26,986 nt of DNA from a virus (Duplodnaviria > Caudoviricetes): IMG/VR virus record IMGVR_UViG_3300032335_000272, positions 1 through 26,986 of that record, one strand, 5' to 3'. The position numbers were made by a program, and so were the translations under genes. Shown here piece by piece: positions 1 through 8,256 of the stretch. The notes beneath the pieces are model-generated. The model saw nothing but the letters and a program-made list of their open reading frames with translations. It made no database searches and was not told where the DNA came from. Within the stretch, counting starts at the first letter, position 1; each line of letters opens with the position of its first letter.

Positions 1-507
1 AAAGAAGCTGTTAAAGACCTTATTGCTGAACAACGTCAAGCAGAGCAGTCTGGTACTAGCTTGCTTAATACTAAAGCGGTCAATAAAAGCCGTGAGCAAA
101 CTGCGCTTGATAATCGTTTGAGCCGTGAGCAGACTGCTTCTGCGCAAGCTCAAACAAAGCGCGATAGCCTAAAGGCAAGCGCTGATTACAAACTTGAAAA
201 ACTTAAACAAGGCGAACGTGCTCTAGAAATTAAAATTGCGCAGGCTGGTATAACTGCTCAAAGACCTGCGATTGATGCGGCTGCAAAAGAAGCTAAGATG
301 TATAGAATGACATATGATGCTTTAAAAGACAGGGATCCAGATAGAGCTGAAGCAGCTTTAGCCAAAGCAGACGAAGCCCAGCATAGAATTAATATGATTT
401 TGGCTCCACTGTCAGGGATTGCTGGTTCTAGCGCAGCTGCTGCTCCAACAGGTTCAACATCGTCTGTAGCTCCACCCGGAGCAGTTAGAGAAGTGAAGAA
501 ACCATAA
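1..507 (+). CDS. Partial (5'-truncated) Ala/Gln/Lys-rich helical protein, probable internal virion protein
   Basis: Frame 1 is open from base 1 (KEAVKDLIAEQRQ...) to TAA at 505-507, so the gene starts upstream of the window. Coiled-coil-like composition, a duplicated SREQTA, and only 1 nt before the giant virion gene. Confidence 0.55.
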   Translation, partial: KEAVKDLIAEQRQAEQSGTSLLNTKAVNKSREQTALDNRLSREQTASAQAQTKRDSLKASADYKLEKLKQGERALEIKIAQAGITAQRPAIDAAAKEAKMYRMTYDALKDRDPDRAEAALAKADEAQHRINMILAPLSGIAGSSAAAAPTGSTSSVAPPGAVREVKKP

Positions 508-508
508 T

Positions 509-3500
509 ATGCCAACATACCAAGTTGATGTCGGGAACAAAACTTACGAAGTAGATGCACCGGATCCCAACACTGCTTGGCGTTGGGCTAACTCAACACA
601 CTCTACACAAGAGACTAAGGCTAAAGAGCGTACTACGGGCGAGGCGTTTACTGACGTAGGCGCTGGTTTGCTGTCGGGTTTAGGTGGCGCGGCTCAGTTT
701 CCCGGTCAGCTTTATGGTTTGGCTACGGGAGACTTTTCAAAAACTGGTCTCTATGGCGCGGCTCAAGAACTTGAAGAATACGGCAAGGGGTTAAAGTCCG
801 CTGGTTTTCAAGCTAGAGAAGCGGCTGCAAAACGCGCTGTACAAGAAGCCCAAAAGAAAGGCGAGTGGGAAGCGTTTAAAACTTCAATCGGTCAGACTGT
901 TTCTGACCCTGCCCTGCTGGCTAACTTCTTTGCTGAACAACTACCACAACAACTACCAGCATTACTTGCTGCTATTGGTACTCCCGCTGCTTCTGCTAAC
1001 GTTGCGTTGCTTCGTGAAACCGCTAAGAAAGCTGCCTCTGGTCTAGCTAAAGAAGAAGCCGAAGCCGCGGCTAAAAAAGCCGCTGTCAGTCTTGGCGCAA
1101 AAGCTGCCGTAAGAACTGGCGCGGTTCAACAGGGCGCAGACGTAGGTACGGGTACTTATGAGTCCATGTATAAATATCTCACCGAAGAACAAAAGATGGG
1201 TGAGAAAGAAGCGGCAGATACAACGCTTAACTACGCCCGTGCTGCTGGTGTTGGTGGGGCTACTTTATCGTTGCTAGCTCAAAAATTACCGGGGTCGCAA
1301 GCGTTTGAGCGTGCTCTGGCTGGTGAGAAAACCGGCATGGGTCGTATTACTGGCGCACTTGCTGGCGCTATTAAAGAAACTCCCAGTGAGAACATTGAGG
1401 AAGTTGGCGGTCGTGCGCTGCAGAACTTGGCAATGCGTCAAGTTAATGAGAAGCAAGCGCTTACCGAGGGCTTTGGTGAAACCGCTGCTCAAGCTACGTT
1501 GGGCGCTGCGGGTATGGGTGGCGCGGCAGGTATTGTTAGCGGTGGCGGTAAACCAACTGTAGAGAGTAGAAAGACTGCGGAAGAAGAAGATGCGCTTGAT
1601 GAAGTTAAGCAAGGTGAACAGACTGCGGAAGAAAAACCCAACGCACTTAAAGAGGCAATTAAGAAACAATCTCGCGGGCAGGTTGCTAAAACTAGCACTG
1701 ACCTAGATGAACTTAATGGTATTTTGGATCAATATAACAAGGGCATTAAAAAGGCGGAAGAAAGTGGAAAAACATCCGGTGCTCACGTAAATATTGTTAA
1801 AGCAAGAGATAACCTCGTTAAAAGAATTGCGGATTTACAAGCTGCAGGAGGCGTAAATGCTACAGAACTTAACAAACCAGCAGGTGGAGAAGGCGCTGGC
1901 GTGGATTTACAATCCAATATCGGAGCCAGTACCAAAGGAGCTGCGACACCTCCAGCAGATGGAGTGGTTTCTCCTGAGTCGGATGCTGGACAGCCTCCTG
2001 CAGGAGCAGGGGGACAGCCCGCTGCAGTAACCCTATCGTCTGAAGCGCAGGCTGCTAAAGATTTATTAGATGCCGTAGACAAAGGCGGTGTTCCATTAAA
2101 CCCAAGCAAGATTAATGCAATTGCTAGAAGCCTTGGCCTTGATGTTAAAAAATCTGCAAAGCCGGAAGAAACTATTGCAAGACTGCGTGAAGCTGTAGCG
2201 CGCGCATCACAACCTGCAGTAGAAACTGTAGCGCCTGCAGTAAATACCCAAGTAAAGGGAAGCCAAGCGCAAAACCTACGCAACAAACGTAAACAGCAGA
2301 AAATAGATCCCGCAGATTTGCCCGTTGGTGGTGAAGATCCGATTGAGCAGGAAGAACGTCAGCAAGCAAAATGGTACGGGCTTGACTACGATAGTTACAT
2401 TACACAAGCTGGCCTTGATGAAGATCGTTTTTACACCGACTTGCAAGCCGCAGAAATCAAAGCCGCTGCCGGCAGATTTAAACTTGATCTTACTGACTAT
2501 GCGTCTGATCAAGGGTTTGACGACAACCGTTTCTGGAATGATGTTGATTCACTAAAAGATGCATCAAAAGAAAAAGCGCCAGCGCCTCAACGCGGTGCGT
2601 TTAAAGAACAACCGGACAAGACAAGAGTTGCAGGTCAAACCGATGAAGACCTACAGAAGACTGTTGACGAGTTACGTCAGCAAAAGCGCGAGGGTTTATA
2701 TAAGCTAAGCAAAGAAGAGCAGGATCTATACAACGAGCAACGCCAAGCGCATTCTGAAAACATTGAACAGTCCGCTAAAGAAATCGCAGAAGATTTAATT
2801 AATGAACAGGGTAATCTCCCAGAAGCTACTGCGGAAGACATTGAAGACGACAGAGGTTTTGTTACAGAACAGTTAGGCAAGCTACTTAAACTGCCTTCAT
2901 TCAGCGATCTAACACCTTATGAAAAAGGTATCTACTTTGGCGGTCAAGCCGCAGCGTTTGGTAATAGCGTATCAGAACACATCAAAGCTACTCAGCGTTT
3001 GCTAGAGTACCGTGCTGATTTGCTTGCTGTTCAGCGCGACGCACGTAAGAAAGCTCGTAACGAAGCTAAGCGTGGTGGGGCTTCCAAGGAGTCAACAGAA
3101 ATTGCCGCTAAAGCTGCGGCAGATGAAGCTAGAAAAGACTTTGAAATACAGCACGGCTACGAACAGAATAAACCAAGCACGTTGCCCAACTGGAACAGCT
3201 TATCTGAAGAAAACAAACAGGTATACCGTGACACAGTGCAGCAGGGCAGCGCTGCAGAACAAGAACTTGCTTTTCGTAAGATACGCAAAACAGAAACAAA
3301 GTTCTCTCAGTCAGAAGCTGAAGACAAGCGTCAAAGAGAGCAGCAAGCTAATGATGATTTAGTTGCACAGATGCATGCCGCAACTGAGGCAATGATTGAG
3401 AATGACCCTAAGAGCCAAGGCGATGCGTTGACCGTGCAGATGATTCGTCGTTTGCAAGAAGGCGATGTTAAAGGCGTTCTTGAATGGCTGTCAGATAACG

Positions 3501-6500
3501 CCCGTGGCGCTAAGACTGCGCCCCTCACCCGTGTAGGCGTTACTAAAGCAGAGATCAAAACGCAGAAAGTTAAACAAGAAGCGTATTTAAAACTTGTTGC
3601 CGAGAATGAGCGTAAGCGCTTGCTTGAGACTGAAGAAGATCCAGTTAGTATTGAGCGTAAAGTTAAACAAGCAGTTAAGACTGCTGAAGAGCGCCTTACA
3701 TATAAGCGCGGTACATTGGTGCGCGAGGGTAGTCTTGCAGGGCAACTGATTCGTGTCTCTCGTGAAATGAGTTCAAAGGTTTATCGCAACCTTGCCGAGT
3801 CCCTGCTGTCGACAATTGGTGACACTAAGATCAAAGTAGTATTTGATGCTAACCTTGACCCCAAAGAAGGTCTGGCTAAATACGACCCCAAGACAAACAC
3901 AATGACGTTTGGCCCATTTGGGTTTACAGAAACTGCCGTACTGCATGAGATAACGCACGCAGTTACAGCCAAGATTATTCGTCAGTTCTTTAAAGATCCA
4001 TCTGTCTTGACTGAAAGACAGCGCAAGGGTGTTGAGCATTTGCAATCAATCTTTGCTTTATCACAAAGCAGACTGGGTAAGAAGTTCCCAGCAGCGTTTA
4101 AGAACCTGTACGAGTTTGTTGCGTACTCAATGACTGACTTGAAGTTCCAAAATGAACTTGTCAAGATACAGCTAGATGATGCAGTCCGCGCTACAGGACG
4201 CGCTCGAGTGGGGCAAGTAATGCGTGACTATGAGTTCCCTACAGGTAAAACTGCATGGGATGCGTTTACTACGGCACTTGCTTACATCTACAAAGCCTTT
4301 ACGCCCAGCAAAAGAAAAACTAGCTATCTGGTTCCCGTTGAAAATTATGGCGATAGAAATAAAACTACGGGCGTGCAACCACTGCCTAAAGGCGCAAGGG
4401 ACAAGATAACGGAAGCAGATGAAGCATTCATTGAACGGATGCAAGAAAAAGGGCCACCACTACCCGATGAGATTGCGTTGCTAACAGGCGCTGACGAAGC
4501 CATCAAAGACGAAGAGTCAACTTTTGACGAAGGTATTAGCGATGGCGAAGCCGCCCTTGCTGGCGTTAAAAGCATTCCGTTCAACACAACTATGGATAGC
4601 CTTGCTCCGGGTATGGAGGCTCGTGTTGGTGCAACCGTTACTAAAGGCGGTATCACTAATCTCCGTAAAGATACGTACACACAGCCCGGCTACAAAGGTA
4701 ACTTGCTGATAGAAGCTGCCGCAGCTTTTAACGACATCATGGTTGCGCCTGAAGCTATAGAAGAAGTAGAAGAGTTGGCAACGCAAGGAAGCGCCGCCGC
4801 AACTCCGCCCCCTGCCGCTACTCCTACACCAGCTAAACCCGCAACGCCTAAGAATCAGCCAAAGACTGAAACTACTGCCACGTTTGAAGATCAAGTTGAC
4901 GCCGCGCCCGGCTCGCAGATGCCAAGAACAAAGCAGACCCTATACAAACTTTTTACAACTGCGGAAGGTGGCAGAGATATTATTCGCCGCTTTGCAAACA
5001 ACCGCCATGCAATTAAAGCATGGGAGGCCGCAAACGAGATGGTTGGTAAGATCGTATACGCGGGCGAGAAGATTAATGCTGTGTACAACGAGATTACAAT
5101 GTCCACAGGCCGTGCGCGTAACATATACGAGCGTGAGTTAGAAGCAGATATTCAGTCTATTCACGACACAATGCAGAAGCTGTCTGAAAAAGCTGGCGTA
5201 GACTTTGACCGCACGCTTAAAACAATGCACGTCTTTGGTCGCACATTGCATGAGCGTGAGCGTCGCCACATTAAATTTTTATACTACGCGCCCCTTGACC
5301 TAGCTTCTGCTACACGGCGCGGAGAGATCATCCAGAAGTTCCGCAAGGGCGACAAGATGACTGAAGCCGAGATTAAAGGCTATCGAGCAGAGCTTGAGAA
5401 GTTTGCAAAGCCAACAAGTCAGGGCGGCAGTCTTGATGCGGTAAACGGCTACTCATGGACAACTGACCCTGCTACGCCATCTCAGATTGGAAGCAAGGGC
5501 GCGGTCTATACTTCTGCTGATGAGCAGAGCACTCAGTACAACGTGGTTGCTAACTATGACTTGCCTTCACGACAAGCCGCGTATGAAGAATACGAAAAAT
5601 ATAAATATAAAGAAGACGTTGATAAAATTTTAAAGAAAATTGAAAACCTTCAAAAGAAAACTACCGAGCTTAATAAGAAAGCAAACTATTGGTCACAACC
5701 CGTAGACAACATTGTTAAGTTGTATGACTTCAAGCACTATGTTCCATTTAAAGGCCGCGCTAATAAAGTAATTGACGATCAGTTTGACGTTAGGACGGGC
5801 GCTGGTAGAGAGCTGCAAGAAGTACAAAACACATTTGAAGGTCGCATTTCTGACTCAAACAATGTGATTGTGCAAACAATGCTTGATGCAACTCACGCCG
5901 CTGCGCGTGCTGGTCGTAGTGGTATAGATGGACAAGGCTTAACTTTAGCACTTAAGAATGCAGTTAACTCTGGCATGATTAAAGGCGTAACGGGCGATAA
6001 AGACAAAAGTCTTAAAATTAAGTTTGAAGACCGATACAAAGGTGATGTAGACGTTGCCAAGTTGCGTGGCGCAAACGCAATCTTCCACTACGAACCTGAT
6101 GGCACAATCACAATCATTAAGATTGACGACGCAGATTTAAGAGAAGCTATTCGCAGAACATACCGCGAATCCAATCCCGTGGTTAGCATACTTAATTCTG
6201 CTACAAGTTTCTTTGGGCAGATGCACACCCGCTACAACATCCCATTTGCGCCGGCTAACTTCTTAATTGATGGATTAACTAACACATTTAACATAGCCGC
6301 CAAAGAAGGTTGGGGCGTTGGTATTGACTATTTAAAACAGTTAATTGGTCAGCAGGTTCTTCACGGTGGTCTGTACAAGGCTGGCAAGTTCTCTGCTTTA
6401 TACACAGCCAAGAAGTTTGGCGAGATCGAGCGCCTTGCTAAAACAGACCCATTCTTTAGAGACTTAAATGATTATGTAAATGCTGGCGGTAAGGTCTCCT

Positions 6501-8035
6501 ACATTAAGAGTTTGACTGCCGAAGGTTTGGCTGAAGACTTTGAAGCAGATGTTAAAGGCACTAACGTTTTTGTTAAGAGCAAAAAAGGCATAGATAAGGT
6601 TGTTGACGTTTGGTCTGATTCTTTTGAATTGGCTAGCCGTGTAGCTGCTTACCGTATTCTTAAACAGCATTACATCAGTAAAGGTATGGACGAAACGGAA
6701 GCAAAGCAAAAAGCCGTGGGCGATGGCAAAAACTTAGCAAACTTTGAACAGGTCGGTGAGTGGGGTCAGGCTATGGGCGCTATGTTCATGTTCTTCCGCC
6801 CTGCCGCTACAGGCGCAGTGCGTGCGATTGAGGCTCTGGCTCCTGCATTTGTTAGCGCGGACAAGGCCGTGAAGATGCTACCCAATGAGGGAACATTTGC
6901 TTACGAATTTAAAGATGGTAAGCGAGTGTACAAAAACCCCGATGCTATTAAGAAGTACGAGAAAGAACACGATAAACGTCAACAACATGCTCGCGCTGTT
7001 GTAGGTGGTTTGATCGGCATGGGTATGATGGTTTACGCAATGGCTGCGGCAGCGGGCGGTGACGACGACTTAGGTCGTAACAAAGCAGTGACTGACGACA
7101 TGGCCCGTTACACCCGCTACGCACGGTTTCACTTCCGCGTTGGTGACAGAGACTTTGTGTTCCAATTACCTTGGGGCTTTGGCCTTGGCGCATTTGCTTC
7201 TGCTGGCGCTCAGATGGCCGGTTACGCACATGGCGCAGTCATGCGCCCAGAGGGAGATCGTAGCTTCTTCGGCATGTTGAGTAACATCATGGAGGTTGCG
7301 CAAGACTCATTCTTGCCTGTACCGGTGTCTAGAATTGACAAATATGAGAAGCCTGCTGAGTGGATAGCGGATACTTTTGCCCCTTCTATCCTACGCCCCA
7401 TGATCGAGTATGCGATGAACACAGACGCATTGGGTCGCGACATTTACAACGCTCAGAAGAGCCGAGTGAGTGAGGTGTTTGTCGGTGGCGATAGCGTGCC
7501 TGAGTTGTACAAGAGCGCGGCAAGAATGCTTTACGACATTACCGGTGTACCTGTGTCACCTAACGTAATGTATTTCTTTGCTAATAACTACGCAGATGGT
7601 TTGGCCCGGGTGATGCACAACGGCGTCAATGTTGGACAAGCGCTCGTGGGTAACAAAGAGTTTGATCCACGTACGGACACAATCTTGTTTGATCGCTTCT
7701 TTGGCGCGGTGTCTAACGTAGATGCTCGTGAGTTCTCTAAAGTATCCAAAGAGATCAAAGATATTGCAAGTACAATTAAAACTCTGCAAGATGATCCAGA
7801 GCGTTACGCTAAGTATCTATCTAAGAATCCTACACATGAGTATCTTGTTGAGCACTACAACTCTACAGTTAACGGAACTTTGAAAGAATTTCAAGAGCAA
7901 AAAAATACTGTACGCAAGATGCAAGAGATACCTCAAGCAGAACGCACACAAATGCTACGATACCTGACGTTAGGTGAGAACATTGTCAAGCGCGGAATCT
8001 TGAGTGAGTTTGCCGCGCTTGATGTAAAGCCCTAG
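509..8035 (+). CDS. Giant (2508 aa) probable ejection/internal virion protein with a zincin-like HExxH domain and a C-terminal LPD38-like region
   Basis: Long uninterrupted ORF. Gly/Ala-rich N-terminus, acidic helical middle, AVLHEITHAVT followed by NLYEFVAY, hydrophobic VVGGLIGMGMMVYAMAAAAGG, and FQLPWGFGLG near the C-terminus (resembles LPD38). It is the last gene of the + strand module, where podoviruses usually encode ejection proteins. Confidence 0.7.
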   Translation: MPTYQVDVGNKTYEVDAPDPNTAWRWANSTHSTQETKAKERTTGEAFTDVGAGLLSGLGGAAQFPGQLYGLATGDFSKTGLYGAAQELEEYGKGLKSAGFQAREAAAKRAVQEAQKKGEWEAFKTSIGQTVSDPALLANFFAEQLPQQLPALLAAIGTPAASANVALLRETAKKAASGLAKEEAEAAAKKAAVSLGAKAAVRTGAVQQGADVGTGTYESMYKYLTEEQKMGEKEAADTTLNYARAAGVGGATLSLLAQKLPGSQAFERALAGEKTGMGRITGALAGAIKETPSENIEEVGGRALQNLAMRQVNEKQALTEGFGETAAQATLGAAGMGGAAGIVSGGGKPTVESRKTAEEEDALDEVKQGEQTAEEKPNALKEAIKKQSRGQVAKTSTDLDELNGILDQYNKGIKKAEESGKTSGAHVNIVKARDNLVKRIADLQAAGGVNATELNKPAGGEGAGVDLQSNIGASTKGAATPPADGVVSPESDAGQPPAGAGGQPAAVTLSSEAQAAKDLLDAVDKGGVPLNPSKINAIARSLGLDVKKSAKPEETIARLREAVARASQPAVETVAPAVNTQVKGSQAQNLRNKRKQQKIDPADLPVGGEDPIEQEERQQAKWYGLDYDSYITQAGLDEDRFYTDLQAAEIKAAAGRFKLDLTDYASDQGFDDNRFWNDVDSLKDASKEKAPAPQRGAFKEQPDKTRVAGQTDEDLQKTVDELRQQKREGLYKLSKEEQDLYNEQRQAHSENIEQSAKEIAEDLINEQGNLPEATAEDIEDDRGFVTEQLGKLLKLPSFSDLTPYEKGIYFGGQAAAFGNSVSEHIKATQRLLEYRADLLAVQRDARKKARNEAKRGGASKESTEIAAKAAADEARKDFEIQHGYEQNKPSTLPNWNSLSEENKQVYRDTVQQGSAAEQELAFRKIRKTETKFSQSEAEDKRQREQQANDDLVAQMHAATEAMIENDPKSQGDALTVQMIRRLQEGDVKGVLEWLSDNARGAKTAPLTRVGVTKAEIKTQKVKQEAYLKLVAENERKRLLETEEDPVSIERKVKQAVKTAEERLTYKRGTLVREGSLAGQLIRVSREMSSKVYRNLAESLLSTIGDTKIKVVFDANLDPKEGLAKYDPKTNTMTFGPFGFTETAVLHEITHAVTAKIIRQFFKDPSVLTERQRKGVEHLQSIFALSQSRLGKKFPAAFKNLYEFVAYSMTDLKFQNELVKIQLDDAVRATGRARVGQVMRDYEFPTGKTAWDAFTTALAYIYKAFTPSKRKTSYLVPVENYGDRNKTTGVQPLPKGARDKITEADEAFIERMQEKGPPLPDEIALLTGADEAIKDEESTFDEGISDGEAALAGVKSIPFNTTMDSLAPGMEARVGATVTKGGITNLRKDTYTQPGYKGNLLIEAAAAFNDIMVAPEAIEEVEELATQGSAAATPPPAATPTPAKPATPKNQPKTETTATFEDQVDAAPGSQMPRTKQTLYKLFTTAEGGRDIIRRFANNRHAIKAWEAANEMVGKIVYAGEKINAVYNEITMSTGRARNIYERELEADIQSIHDTMQKLSEKAGVDFDRTLKTMHVFGRTLHERERRHIKFLYYAPLDLASATRRGEIIQKFRKGDKMTEAEIKGYRAELEKFAKPTSQGGSLDAVNGYSWTTDPATPSQIGSKGAVYTSADEQSTQYNVVANYDLPSRQAAYEEYEKYKYKEDVDKILKKIENLQKKTTELNKKANYWSQPVDNIVKLYDFKHYVPFKGRANKVIDDQFDVRTGAGRELQEVQNTFEGRISDSNNVIVQTMLDATHAAARAGRSGIDGQGLTLALKNAVNSGMIKGVTGDKDKSLKIKFEDRYKGDVDVAKLRGANAIFHYEPDGTITIIKIDDADLREAIRRTYRESNPVVSILNSATSFFGQMHTRYNIPFAPANFLIDGLTNTFNIAAKEGWGVGIDYLKQLIGQQVLHGGLYKAGKFSALYTAKKFGEIERLAKTDPFFRDLNDYVNAGGKVSYIKSLTAEGLAEDFEADVKGTNVFVKSKKGIDKVVDVWSDSFELASRVAAYRILKQHYISKGMDETEAKQKAVGDGKNLANFEQVGEWGQAMGAMFMFFRPAATGAVRAIEALAPAFVSADKAVKMLPNEGTFAYEFKDGKRVYKNPDAIKKYEKEHDKRQQHARAVVGGLIGMGMMVYAMAAAAGGDDDLGRNKAVTDDMARYTRYARFHFRVGDRDFVFQLPWGFGLGAFASAGAQMAGYAHGAVMRPEGDRSFFGMLSNIMEVAQDSFLPVPVSRIDKYEKPAEWIADTFAPSILRPMIEYAMNTDALGRDIYNAQKSRVSEVFVGGDSVPELYKSAARMLYDITGVPVSPNVMYFFANNYADGLARVMHNGVNVGQALVGNKEFDPRTDTILFDRFFGAVSNVDAREFSKVSKEIKDIASTIKTLQDDPERYAKYLSKNPTHEYLVEHYNSTVNGTLKEFQEQKNTVRKMQEIPQAERTQMLRYLTLGENIVKRGILSEFAALDVKP

Positions 8036-8256
8036 TTGACACGCCATGCACGGACACCGAGGAATCCATCTTCGGTCGTCTTATGCACTTTGACTCCTAT
8101 GCCCTCCCGTTTAGCGCCATTCTGTATTGCGTACAGCATGTATGCAGGGCGCAGAGTTGGTATAAAGAAACTCTGCCCCACTTGCATTTGACTAAACGGA
8201 AAGATCCACTCCGGTTCTTCCAGTGGCATTGCCTCCGGTGGGCTCTTCTTCGACAT
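8032..8256 (-). CDS. Small hypothetical phage protein (FPFxxMxVGxSFFIP type), possibly DNA-binding
   Basis: 74-aa ORF with WIFPFSQMQVGQSFFIP...GVRAWRV, a pattern recognised from small phage proteins. Overlaps the primase 3' end; the start could be the later ATG at 8229. Confidence 0.6.
   Translation of the reverse strand: MSKKSPPEAMPLEEPEWIFPFSQMQVGQSFFIPTLRPAYMLYAIQNGAKREGIGVKVHKTTEDGFLGVRAWRVN

Noticed and set aside
88-1634. Short direct repeats AGCCGTGAGCA (SREQTA twice) and AGACTGCGGAAGAA (TAEE twice)
   Set aside because: Two-copy in-frame peptide duplications in low-complexity protein regions; not arrays or DGR repeats.
258-7789. Many 60-167 aa ORFs antisense or out of frame within the two + strand genes
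   Set aside because: Shadow ORFs of long coding frames; no RBS or protein motifs recognised.
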